64,000 bases of DNA, from IMG/VR virus record IMGVR_UViG_3300042934_000212; one strand, written 5' to 3'. Position numbers and translations under genes: made by a program. The stretch comes from a virus. Taxonomy: Duplodnaviria > Heunggongvirae > Uroviricota > Caudoviricetes. Below the pieces are notes generated by a model. That model saw nothing but the letters and a program-made list of their open reading frames with translations, made no database searches and was not told where the DNA came from. How positions within the stretch are numbered: position 1 is the first letter of the stretch; every line of letters begins with the position of its first letter. Below, one piece after another: positions 12,354-21,295 of the stretch.

Positions 12354-12383
12354 AAGTGGGAGCATTGTGCTCCCACTTTTTTT
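12352..12383. terminator. Bidirectional terminator between convergent genes
   Basis: AAAAGTGGGAGCA-TTG-TGCTCCCACTTTT. Confidence 0.85.
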
Positions 12384-13092
12384 ATGCAATAAATTTGCTT
12401 AGGTCGGGTTCGAAGAATCCAGTACCTTTAAGTACTTTGCCATCAACTGCACGATTGATTACATAGAATGTTTTACCATCATGTGTAACTTCACCAACAG
12501 TAGCACCAACATAATCTTCTTTGCCTTGTGAAACACGCACATCAATATCAGCTAATGCAGATTCCTTTGAAGTGCAGAACTTACTCATATTTGATTGGTG
12601 TACTTCGTTAAAAGCACCTACTAAATCAAAGTTATGTGCATGTGCAATACCAATTACGGAAAGTACAATGTTGTTTAGGCCAATCTGAACAGTGCGGCTG
12701 TCGCCCTGTAAAAGACCACGTTCGGTCTGGTTGTAACCATCTTGAACATGACGCTGTTTAGCGTATGCAGTGGAAATGGTTAATGCTTCTGATTTTACGT
12801 TTGGAATTTGATTATAAATTTCTTGTTCGATTGCATCAAGACCAAAGGTAGCATAAGCACCATAAGCAACATAAAGTACATCACAGATACCATCTAGGAT
12901 ACCTTCTAGATTGTCACTTTCTGCTGAATCGAATAGTTCATTCTTACCATTCATTTCTTCATCAATTAGACGTAGACGAAACTTACCAACTTTAGTTGTA
13001 GGATTTGTCCAAGCGGTATTAACTGCTTGACCTGCAACTGACATAAACTCTACTACTGAATCAAATTGTGTTTTTGTGGTAGTCATTACCAT
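12382..13092 (-). CDS. MazG-like/PRA-PH-family nucleotide pyrophosphohydrolase
   Basis: RLRLIDEE, DGICDVLYV.YG, AFNEVHQSNMSK and DGKVLKG..FFEPDL motifs. Confidence 0.85.
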   Translation of the reverse strand: MVMTTTKTQFDSVVEFMSVAGQAVNTAWTNPTTKVGKFRLRLIDEEMNGKNELFDSAESDNLEGILDGICDVLYVAYGAYATFGLDAIEQEIYNQIPNVKSEALTISTAYAKQRHVQDGYNQTERGLLQGDSRTVQIGLNNIVLSVIGIAHAHNFDLVGAFNEVHQSNMSKFCTSKESALADIDVRVSQGKEDYVGATVGEVTHDGKTFYVINRAVDGKVLKGTGFFEPDLSKFIA

Positions 13093-13463
13093 TCTCCATA
13101 ATATGCATCGCCGTACTGAACAGCAATGGTTCCAATTTCTGCAAACTTAGGTTCTATATCCGATAGAACAAATAGTAAATCTTCGCAGTACTTTTTAATT
13201 TTATCTTCATTAACTTCACTCGATTTCAATTGAGCGAGAATTATTGTTCCATCACCATTTGAACCAACAAACATACCGCTATCAAATTCGTACATAGCGT
13301 CTAGTAGTTGGTCTTCATAAGGAGTGTCGAAAGTGTCTGCGGTTAAATTAATAGAAACTAATGTTTCTGCATACTCTCCGATATGCAACTTCTTTTTAGT
13401 TCGGTTAGAACGAGATGTAGATTTCGGAAAGTTTACTTTCACTTCTTCAAAAATGTACTGCAT
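13086..13463 (-). CDS. YggL/DUF469-like ribosome-associated protein
   Basis: RSNRTKKKLHIGEYAE matches the YggL N-terminus (RSRRLRKKMHIDEFQE); C-terminal DAYY. Confidence 0.7.
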   Translation of the reverse strand: MQYIFEEVKVNFPKSTSRSNRTKKKLHIGEYAETLVSINLTADTFDTPYEDQLLDAMYEFDSGMFVGSNGDGTIILAQLKSSEVNEDKIKKYCEDLLFVLSDIEPKFAEIGTIAVQYGDAYYGEW

Positions 13464-13469
13464 TAATTA

Positions 13470-13703
13470 TCACTTACGGTTAGTACGACGTGCTTTACGA
13501 GCAACTTTGTTTGCTGCACGACGCTTGGATTTAATCTTTTGTTTTTCTGCTTTGTCAGCATCTTTCTTCATGTAATAACCAGAAAGACGTGCAATCATTT
13601 TGCGAGTATATTCTAGATCAGCTTCAGTCATTTCGTATCCTGGAACTTCTTCTGCTGCTGCTTCTAGATTCTTGTCTACCATCTGATTTAGTTTCTCGTT
13701 CAT
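13470..13703 (-). CDS. Hypothetical protein with a strongly basic C-terminus
   Basis: KSKRRAANKVARKARRTNRK; AAGGA RBS; promoter immediately upstream. Confidence 0.75.
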   Translation of the reverse strand: MNEKLNQMVDKNLEAAAEEVPGYEMTEADLEYTRKMIARLSGYYMKKDADKAEKQKIKSKRRAANKVARKARRTNRK

Positions 13704-13733
13704 GTTGTTTTCCTTTTCTGTTTCAACTCACAC

Positions 13734-13762
13734 ATTATACCACAAATTTTTCATCTGTTTCA
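13734..13762 (-). promoter_or_regulatory. TGAAAC-N17-TATAAT promoter overlapping the end of the upstream gene
   Basis: Minus strand reads TGAAACAGATGAAAAATTTGTGGTATAAT. Confidence 0.75.
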
Positions 13763-13956
13763 TTTTCTTCATGTCGCTGTACAGGACTGAAGTATACAAT
13801 TTTATCAGTTGGGATATGCATTAGATTGTTTAGTACTATACCGTTGTCATAAGTTTCAATTACAATACCAGAGATAAGTTCTCCAGTTACAAGACGAATT
13901 TGATATGTATAGTTAGGGTCAAATGTAAAAACATCTGAATAATTTTGCTGAGACAT
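13735..13956 (-). CDS. Sm/Hfq-like small protein
   Basis: YQIRLVTGELISGIVIETYDNGIVL...HIPTDKIVYFSP parallels Hfq [25 protein letters not shown]...MVYKHAISTVVP; acidic tail. Confidence 0.5.
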   Translation of the reverse strand: MSQQNYSDVFTFDPNYTYQIRLVTGELISGIVIETYDNGIVLNNLMHIPTDKIVYFSPVQRHEENETDEKFVV

Positions 13957-13968
13957 ATATATCTTCCA

Positions 13969-13994
13969 TGAAAAAAGGAGGCTATGCCTCCTTT
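13969..13994 (-). terminator. Terminator after nrdB
   Basis: AAAGGAGGC-ATA-GCCTCCTTTTTT on the minus strand. Confidence 0.8.
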
Positions 13995-14000
13995 AAGTTA

Positions 14001-15122
14001 TTATAGTTCGAAGTTACCAAATGATTCTTCGGAAATATCGTTCTCTACTCCACCTAGAATATAAGAACTGATTTCAGTTTCCTGTGGTGCTACCTGTACA
14101 TCGGCACCAGCAATCCAGCTTTGTGTCCAAGGTAAAGGATTGTTTTGACTAACACTGTACGGACATTTAACGCCAGCAGCGATCATACGCTTAGAACCAA
14201 TCCAGCGAACGTACTGCTTAAGAATAGCAGCGTTTAGACCAATGATTGAACCGTCTTTGAATAGGAAATCCGCCCATTCTTCTTCCTGTACAATAGCGTC
14301 CATGAACATTTGCTGTACTTCATCTGCACATTCTTCAGATAGACGTGCGAAGTCTGGATCTTCTTTCTTCAATAGGCGTAACATCATTTGAGTTGCCCCC
14401 AAGTGAATGTTTTCATCACGACAAATGAAACGAATGATCTTAGCATTACCTTCCATCTTTTCGTTCTCTGCAAAACTCCACGAACATGCAAAGCTTACAT
14501 AGAAACGAATACCTTCAAGAATGTTAATACTGTTAATACATAGCCATAGTTTCTTTTTCAATTCATAAAGATCAACTACAACTTCTTCACCATTAACAGT
14601 ATGAGTACCTTCACCTAGCAAACGATACTGAAGAATAGCATTATCTAGATCATCATAGTACTTTGCAATGTCTTCAGCACATGATGTAATTTCAGGAATA
14701 TCCAACATTGTGTCAAATACTTCTGATGGATTTGGGTATACGTTACGAATAATGTGTGTATAAGAACGGCTGTGAATACTTTCAAAGAAAGCCCAAGTTT
14801 CGATGAATGATTCAATCTCTGGTAGAGATGCAATTGGTAGTAGTGCTAGGTTAGGACCACGACCCTGTACTGAATCAAGTAGAATCTGACGCTTTAGGTT
14901 TGAAGTAAAGATATGACGCTCATGATCCTGTAGAGATTTAAAATCAATACGGTCTTTTGAAAGATCTACTTCCTGTGGACGCCAGAAGAAACTTTGATGG
15001 CTTTCAGTCATTTTTTCGAATGGTGAATATTTAACGGTGTCATAACGCTGAATATCAACTGACTCATCCAAAAACATTTTCTTGACTAGGTGGGAAGTTT
15101 CGTTCTTTTTAAATACTGACAT
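14001..15122 (-). CDS. nrdB: Class Ia ribonucleotide reductase beta subunit
   Basis: FFWRPQEVD, LLDSVQGR, ESIHSRSYTHI, LEGIRFYVSFACS, RDENIH and VAPQETEISSY motifs. Confidence 0.98.
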   Translation of the reverse strand: MSVFKKNETSHLVKKMFLDESVDIQRYDTVKYSPFEKMTESHQSFFWRPQEVDLSKDRIDFKSLQDHERHIFTSNLKRQILLDSVQGRGPNLALLPIASLPEIESFIETWAFFESIHSRSYTHIIRNVYPNPSEVFDTMLDIPEITSCAEDIAKYYDDLDNAILQYRLLGEGTHTVNGEEVVVDLYELKKKLWLCINSINILEGIRFYVSFACSWSFAENEKMEGNAKIIRFICRDENIHLGATQMMLRLLKKEDPDFARLSEECADEVQQMFMDAIVQEEEWADFLFKDGSIIGLNAAILKQYVRWIGSKRMIAAGVKCPYSVSQNNPLPWTQSWIAGADVQVAPQETEISSYILGGVENDISEESFGNFEL

Positions 15123-15132
15123 TGTTTATCCT

Positions 15133-15906
15133 TTATGTGTTAATCTTTTTGCCTAACTTATATGACAACCAGTGAATATCACGTAGGCCATCTTTAGAAG
15201 TAGCATGTAGTTCTAGTAACTCGTTCCATGTTAGAACTGTAGTATCTAATGGTGTATGTGCATGATAACGATCCATACCGTCTGAGCATGGGTCGAATGC
15301 TAAAATCTGTGCACCAGTTATAGTTTTTGCTGGTGGTTCTAATCCTAGTAGTGAACGAACATCATCAGAGATAATCTGAAATACTGCTAGTGCTGCTACA
15401 CTTAATTGATCCCATTTTTCTTTAATAAAATCTACAGTTAATTTTTGATAACGAGAGATATAGTTACTATCTAAGTACTCCCATTTTTCTTTGATAAAGT
15501 CTACCGTCATTGTCTGGTATCGCGAAATCTGTTCGCCAACTTTATCTGAGAATGCAACCAACTGATCCCACTTCTCTTTAAGGAAGTCTTCAGTTAGTGT
15601 TTGGTACTTAGTAATAGTTTCTATTGCTGTGGATTGAAAATCACTCCACTTTTCTTTAATCCATTCAATGGGAAGTACTACGTACTGTGCAATAATATTC
15701 TTATTGAACCAAGCCCATTTTTCTTTAATGAAATCCATTGTCATGTTTTGGTATCTAACTAATGCGTTAGCATCTAAACGATGAAAATGTTTTTCAATAA
15801 AGTCTTGAGGAAGTTTCTGGTATTGAACGACTTGATTCATATCCAAATCATCCCAAAATTCCTCAATAAATTCCAAATCCATTGGTTGTGTATAATCTAC
15901 TTTCAT
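15133..15906 (-). CDS. Tandem ~22-aa repeat protein (YQKLT.DFIKEKWD.L; tryptophan-repeat-like)
   Basis: About eight imperfect repeats visible in the translation, plus a separate C-terminal domain. Confidence 0.75.
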   Translation of the reverse strand: MKVDYTQPMDLEFIEEFWDDLDMNQVVQYQKLPQDFIEKHFHRLDANALVRYQNMTMDFIKEKWAWFNKNIIAQYVVLPIEWIKEKWSDFQSTAIETITKYQTLTEDFLKEKWDQLVAFSDKVGEQISRYQTMTVDFIKEKWEYLDSNYISRYQKLTVDFIKEKWDQLSVAALAVFQIISDDVRSLLGLEPPAKTITGAQILAFDPCSDGMDRYHAHTPLDTTVLTWNELLELHATSKDGLRDIHWLSYKLGKKINT

Positions 15907-15918
15907 TTATTGTACCGA

Positions 15919-15945
15919 TAAAAAATCCCGTCATAGACGGGATTG
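15919..15945 (-). terminator. Terminator after nrdA
   Basis: AATCCCGTC-TAT-GACGGGATTTTT on the minus strand. Confidence 0.75.
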
Positions 15946-15951
15946 TTATTG

Positions 15952-18279
15952 TTAGATTTTACAGCTATCGCAGTCATCTTCTGCTTCCATTGGTGGAAGA
16001 AGTACTACGATTCCTTTATCTTTCTTTTCACCTTCTAATTTATCCAAGTCAACTTCACCTGAACCATCATTGGTGTTCATGTAGTACAAATTCTTCAAAC
16101 CGTACTTATAAGCTGTTAGTAGGTCTTCTAGTAACATTGACATAGACAACTTCTTGTTAGGATAGTTTTCTGGATTGTAACTAGTGTTTGCACTAATACT
16201 TTGGTCAATGTACTTCTGTAGTACGCCACAGATTTTGATATAACCATCATTACTTGTCTGGTCCCATAGTAAGGTGTACTTATTTTTAAGTTTACCGATT
16301 TCTGGAACTACTTGCTTCAAAATACCATCTTTCGATGCTTTAACTGAAACTAAGTTACGTGGTGGTTCAATACCATTAGTACTGTTACTAATTTGTGCTG
16401 AGGTTTCTGCTGGCATTAATGCCATAGTTGTTGCATTGCGAATACCGTGTTCTGCAATATCTGCACGTAACGTATCCCAATCCATTTTTAATTCTGTTCC
16501 CACAAGTGAATCAATACTTCTCTTGTAAGTGTCGATTGGTAGAATACCTTTCGCATATTTTAGATTCTCAAATCCTTCACAGCGACCTTGCTCTTTAGCA
16601 AGTTGTACTGAAGATTTTAGAAGATAATATGACCATGCTTCTGACCACTCATTAATAGTTGCTAGTGCTCCGTCATCGTAACGTAGACCACGTTTAGCTA
16701 AGAAATAAGCTAAGTTGATGATACCTACACCTAACGGGCGATAAGCTTTTGTAGCACGTTCTGCGTGGATTACAGGGTATTCCTGATAATCTAGTAATGC
16801 ATCTAGTGCACGTACAGAAAGGTCACAAGCTTCTTCCATTTGTTCTGGAGTGTCGAAATTTCCCCAATTGATTGCTGCTAATGTACAAAGACTAATTAGG
16901 CCATTTTCATCATCTTTAACATCTTCAAAAGGAACAGATGGTAATGCGATTTCCTGACATAGATTACTTTGTTCAATTGGTGCAACGCTTGGATCAAATG
17001 GTGAGTGGTCATTTGTCAAATCAATGTTCTGAACATAGATACGACCCGTCTCAGAACGCTCTGTCATCAATTGTGAGAAGGTTTCTACTGCACTTAAGGT
17101 CTTACGACGAATAGTAGTGTCTGCTTCGTACTTAACGTATAGACGCTCAAATTCATCTTGATCTGCACAGAATGCTTCATACAATCCAGGAACATCGCTT
17201 GGTGAGAAGAATGAGATATTCTGACGATCAATAAGACGTTTGTATAAAGTCTTGTTGATTTGGAAGCAATAATCCAACTGACGCACACGTGAGTTTTCAG
17301 TACCTTTATTGTTCTTTAGAACAATTAGATCTTCGAATTCATAATGCCACAATGGGAAGTGAACTGTTGCTGCTCCACCACGTACTCCACCCTGTGAACA
17401 GGATTTAACAGTTTTAGCAACTGCTGATAGGAATGGAATCAAACCAGTATGTACTGCATCACCACCGCGAATCTCCGAACCAACTGCACGGACACGCCCG
17501 TAGTTAACACCTAGACCAGCTTTCTTAGAAATGTACTTCATAATAGCAGAATTACCTGCTGCGATACTATCTAAACTATCACCAACGTTTAGAACTACAC
17601 AGGAACTGAATTGACGTGTATTAGTACGTAGACCAGCCATAATAGGAGTTGGGAGACTAATATCAAAGTTACTTATTGCATCGTAGAATTTCTTAACCCA
17701 TTGAATGCGATTGTGTGTATAATTAATAAACACAATTGCAGCAATCATCATGTATGCCATTTGTGGGGTTTCAAAGATCTTACCTTCAATACCTTTCTTT
17801 GGATTCGCACGGTTTTGAACAAGGTACTTACCTTCCCACTGTTTCATCGCTACGAATGTAAATTTATCATCACGCTTATGCTTGATATAACGACTAAGTT
17901 CTTCTAATTCTTGTGTAGAATATTTTTCAAAGATTTCTTTATCGTATTTTCCAAGTTCTACTAATTTAGTTACGTGATCAACGAATTTGATTGGTTCATA
18001 TGTTCCATAAACTTGCTTACGTAGTGAATAGTTAATTAATCTACCAGCAACGTATTGGTAATTAGGAGTTTCTTCAGAAATAAGTTCTGAAGCTGCTTTA
18101 ATTAGAATGTCATGAATGGTTTGAGTATTCATACCTTCGAAGAATTGAAGTTGTGAACGCATTTCAATTTCAGAAACTGAAACTCCGGTTAACCCTTCAC
18201 ATGCAAAAAATAAAATCTGGTGAATTTTATCTAAATCAAGTGCTTCCTTTGCACCATTACGTTTAGTAACGTTTATCAT
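15952..18279 (-). CDS. nrdA: Class Ia ribonucleotide reductase alpha subunit with ATP cone
   Basis: VTKRNG ATP cone, PTPIMAG, FSSCV, SQGGVRGG, SNLCQEI, YY and a C-terminal CDSC. Confidence 0.98.
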   Translation of the reverse strand: MINVTKRNGAKEALDLDKIHQILFFACEGLTGVSVSEIEMRSQLQFFEGMNTQTIHDILIKAASELISEETPNYQYVAGRLINYSLRKQVYGTYEPIKFVDHVTKLVELGKYDKEIFEKYSTQELEELSRYIKHKRDDKFTFVAMKQWEGKYLVQNRANPKKGIEGKIFETPQMAYMMIAAIVFINYTHNRIQWVKKFYDAISNFDISLPTPIMAGLRTNTRQFSSCVVLNVGDSLDSIAAGNSAIMKYISKKAGLGVNYGRVRAVGSEIRGGDAVHTGLIPFLSAVAKTVKSCSQGGVRGGAATVHFPLWHYEFEDLIVLKNNKGTENSRVRQLDYCFQINKTLYKRLIDRQNISFFSPSDVPGLYEAFCADQDEFERLYVKYEADTTIRRKTLSAVETFSQLMTERSETGRIYVQNIDLTNDHSPFDPSVAPIEQSNLCQEIALPSVPFEDVKDDENGLISLCTLAAINWGNFDTPEQMEEACDLSVRALDALLDYQEYPVIHAERATKAYRPLGVGIINLAYFLAKRGLRYDDGALATINEWSEAWSYYLLKSSVQLAKEQGRCEGFENLKYAKGILPIDTYKRSIDSLVGTELKMDWDTLRADIAEHGIRNATTMALMPAETSAQISNSTNGIEPPRNLVSVKASKDGILKQVVPEIGKLKNKYTLLWDQTSNDGYIKICGVLQKYIDQSISANTSYNPENYPNKKLSMSMLLEDLLTAYKYGLKNLYYMNTNDGSGEVDLDKLEGEKKDKGIVVLLPPMEAEDDCDSCKI

Positions 18280-18358
18280 TATACATCCTTGTCGTTATGT
18301 TCTTTTTCTTAAAATATTTTGGTTTTCTATTTATTAGGGTCGAAAAAAGGCGGGAGCC

Positions 18359-18937
18359 TTAAAGTGCATCCCACCCGCGAAGTATGAATTCGACTGTAAA
18401 GCTTTCAGTACTATCATTTGATAGTTGAATTGCCATACGATTCGTTCCTGTATCAAAAGCTGGATCGTTAAATTCGATAACCACTAAACCTTCTGATTGG
18501 TTTGTATTGTTTTGTTGAGCGATTAAAACCGTATCGCCCTGAACCACAAGTTGTACTGCACCAGATTCAAGCAAGGTGCTTCCAGACGCATTACTATAAG
18601 CTACATACTCAAGAAACACTCTAGAACTACTTTGAATGTTTACGGTTGCGGTGCCGCTAGCTGGTACTGTTATTTTATATGGTTTGTTTACTATGCTGTT
18701 GATTATATTCCAAGGGGTAAATTCTGTTAAGATTTCTACGTTCTCTTTACCAGAATTAGGTGCGTTCTCCCATGTTCTACCTGCAACAATTGATGATGGT
18801 TCAGAAGAACTTGGTAGACCGACAAATACACGGCCTACGTCAGTACTAAACCCTAATTGTCCTTTTTCAAGTGCAAGTGGTAAGTCACGCTGTTTACCCA
18901 TACGAATTTGCATCAATGCAATTTCTTTTTGAGCCAT
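18359..18937 (-). CDS. Probable virion (tail/baseplate) protein
   Basis: N-terminal QIRMG...LP..L..GQLGF.TD.GRVFVG motif typical of phage fibre/baseplate proteins. Confidence 0.55.
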   Translation of the reverse strand: MAQKEIALMQIRMGKQRDLPLALEKGQLGFSTDVGRVFVGLPSSSEPSSIVAGRTWENAPNSGKENVEILTEFTPWNIINSIVNKPYKITVPASGTATVNIQSSSRVFLEYVAYSNASGSTLLESGAVQLVVQGDTVLIAQQNNTNQSEGLVVIEFNDPAFDTGTNRMAIQLSNDSTESFTVEFILRGWDAL

Positions 18938-18965
18938 AACTAAAATCTCCTATTAAAGTATAGGA

Positions 18966-19520
18966 TTATTTAGTGCTTTCGTCTTTTGCTTTTACTTCAG
19001 CAATACGAATATCAATTAGCTCATTTACTTTTGTACTATCTACAGCAGTAAGAATCTGTGCAGGTACTGCACTCTTAAGGTGTTTCATGTATGGTGCAAA
19101 AGATTTGAATTCTTTTTCTTGAAGTGCTACGGCGATTGCGTCTACATCTTCTTGTGCACTTTCAGTACGAACAATCTCAACTTCATCTTCTGGAATAACT
19201 ACTGAACTTTGAATTTCTTCAATGTCTTTCTGTTGTTCTTCGGTGTTAGTTTTATAACTTTCGATTGTTTCATCTACTGAAGTAGTTGGCTCTACTACTG
19301 GTTCATCCTGAATCATAATATCAGCGATTTCTTCAGCGATTTGTTGTGCAGTTTTGCCGCCACGACCTTTATATTCTTTCACTGCTTGGATAAGTTTATT
19401 TGGTAGTGGTAGTTCATCAAGTTTAGAATCATCTAGCTTAATTAGCTCTTGAATATCATAACCCTTTGCTTGTACTGCTTTCATTGCGAATAAATCTTGT
19501 TTCATTGCTCTTGTTCCCAT
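18966..19520 (-). CDS. Hypothetical protein
   Basis: ORF track entry, in the operon direction. Confidence 0.7.
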   Translation of the reverse strand: MGTRAMKQDLFAMKAVQAKGYDIQELIKLDDSKLDELPLPNKLIQAVKEYKGRGGKTAQQIAEEIADIMIQDEPVVEPTTSVDETIESYKTNTEEQQKDIEEIQSSVVIPEDEVEIVRTESAQEDVDAIAVALQEKEFKSFAPYMKHLKSAVPAQILTAVDSTKVNELIDIRIAEVKAKDESTK

Positions 19521-19523
19521 TTT

Positions 19524-20225
19524 TTACATTTCTCCACGTTGAGTGTAAAATTTCTCCACTCTTTCAATCCACATTCTTTTAGCTTCTTCAAAATCTTCAC
19601 CCTCAATAATAAATTCTTGATATTCAAGATTCTGAGGGTCTTTCCTGACACAAATAAAAATAACACCACGATTAATATCCGTACCGTGTTGTTGATTATG
19701 TGCTAGGGCATAAGCTGCTATTTGAAGGCGATAATTTTCAATGAATTCCCATGTTTTAGGTTTACGTGAATTCTTATAGTCCATTATAGAAGGGATACCA
19801 TTGTGCATTCCTACTAAGTCAGTAGTCCCAGCCCAAAGACCTTCGAAGAATAACGGTACTTCCTGACCCCATATTTCATCAATAGCAGGCCACGCGTTAC
19901 TTTGAATAACGTCAGCCATATTACGGGCAAGTACTCTAATTGGCATTCCACCATGATGATCAGGGTCACCGACTAATCGACGTTCCAGATTTTCATGCAT
20001 GAAAGTTCCGACTGTTGTTGCTTCTAATGTAATCTCTGCTGCTTTCGCTTCACCGATTGCTGCTCGCCATTTCCTCAATCCTTCATCATCAGAAGTGGCA
20101 CTTAGTATTGTAGTCACGGATGGTAGGTTTCCACTTGGGGTAGAATAAAGGCGACCTTCTGAGCCGCCTTCGATTCTTTCATAACCTACATACGTGTACT
20201 TATTAACGATAGGTGGAATGTACAT
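19524..20225 (-). CDS. PD-(D/E)xK exonuclease
   Basis: LPSVTTIL, GTFMH..LE, AGTTD...IMDYK and LQIAAYA motifs. Confidence 0.88.
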   Translation of the reverse strand: MYIPPIVNKYTYVGYERIEGGSEGRLYSTPSGNLPSVTTILSATSDDEGLRKWRAAIGEAKAAEITLEATTVGTFMHENLERRLVGDPDHHGGMPIRVLARNMADVIQSNAWPAIDEIWGQEVPLFFEGLWAGTTDLVGMHNGIPSIMDYKNSRKPKTWEFIENYRLQIAAYALAHNQQHGTDINRGVIFICVRKDPQNLEYQEFIIEGEDFEEAKRMWIERVEKFYTQRGEM

Positions 20226-20238
20226 CCTGTACTCCTAT

Positions 20239-20267
20239 ATTATAGCACATGTTTTTTGTTTGTTTCA
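20239..20267 (-). promoter_or_regulatory. TGAAAC-N17-TATAAT promoter
   Basis: Minus strand reads TGAAACAAACAAAAAACATGTGCTATAAT. Confidence 0.75.
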
Positions 20268-20268
20268 G

Positions 20269-20604
20269 TTATCTTTGTTTTAAATTGCTTGATGCTGCTT
20301 TTGTTGCCATATCACTTACCTGTTCTTCGGAAGTCTCTGCACTTGCTCCACCATCAGGGGATGTGTCAGTACCTTGCAAAGTAACAATGTCAGAATTTGC
20401 ATCCTGAACGAATGGTAATGTGTTTAAAATGTCCATTATTACATTGTATGGAACATCAATATTGGTACGCTTTTTAATTTCGTTAACCAATGATTGAACA
20501 CTAACTTGCTCACGACCAGTAGCGATGAGAGATAGTGCAATAGTACTAATCATGTTCCGTATGTCTTTACCTGGGGCATCTTCGGTTATTTGGTTAAACC
20601 TCAT
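20269..20604 (-). CDS. Probable head-associated protein
   Basis: MRFNQITE leader; GGAGG RBS. Confidence 0.55.
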   Translation of the reverse strand: MRFNQITEDAPGKDIRNMISTIALSLIATGREQVSVQSLVNEIKKRTNIDVPYNVIMDILNTLPFVQDANSDIVTLQGTDTSPDGGASAETSEEQVSDMATKAASSNLKQR

Positions 20605-20615
20605 GTTACCTCCAA

Positions 20616-21263
20616 TTATTTTAGAATCTTAAGAACCTTAGCGATCTTATTCTGATTTTCAGCTAACCACTGATTCATTTCTGATTTAGAGTTGAAGTAC
20701 TTATTACCTACTGAACCTTTAGTGCTCTCTAGTTGAATACCAAAACGTTTAGGGGTAGCAGATTCTTTCATCTCACGATCAATTGGAGTTGGCTCTGGTA
20801 GTCCTTCAGCGTCATCAAGATCTGCATCAGATTCAAAATCAAAATCATCACCACCAATATCTAGGTTTACATCATCAAATGAACCTTCATCAGAAGAACC
20901 TAAATCCGCAACTTCAGGTGCAGCCGTAATGTCACCAGTTAGTTTTAGAGTTTCGGTACTGATTTTGTCTTTAACATCCATAATAGTTTTAACAGCATGG
21001 TCTAATAGACCGCTGATGTTATTACGGAAACTTTCTGCTGATTCCAAACCGTGTTCAGCTTTAATACGATCCAATAGTGGACCTAGTACGTCAACACCCA
21101 TGTTATTAATAACTTCAGCTTGACGTTGTAGTTTATCTACGATTTCACCCTTAACTGCTAGTACGATTTCAGCTTTTTCGATGTTTGATTCATTAAGATG
21201 AACCAAGTTTAGAGCTTCAACACGACTACCGGATTCCATCATTTTTTGAAATTTCTTTGACAT
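20616..21263 (-). CDS. Probable prohead core/structural protein
   Basis: Acidic linker; L/M-x-E sites. Confidence 0.5.
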   Translation of the reverse strand: MSKKFQKMMESGSRVEALNLVHLNESNIEKAEIVLAVKGEIVDKLQRQAEVINNMGVDVLGPLLDRIKAEHGLESAESFRNNISGLLDHAVKTIMDVKDKISTETLKLTGDITAAPEVADLGSSDEGSFDDVNLDIGGDDFDFESDADLDDAEGLPEPTPIDREMKESATPKRFGIQLESTKGSVGNKYFNSKSEMNQWLAENQNKIAKVLKILK

Positions 21264-21295
21264 TTACTATTTCCTTATAAATGAAATTTATATCC

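Noticed and set aside
15133-15906. Homing endonuclease or CRISPR-like repeat between nrdA and nrdB
   Set aside because: No HNH or GIY-YIG motif; the repeats are degenerate and protein-level, with no spacer structure.
19524-20225. Cas4 or CRISPR association of the PD-(D/E)xK nuclease
   Set aside because: It lacks the Fe-S cysteine cluster, no array or cas genes are present, and it is a common phage exonuclease type.
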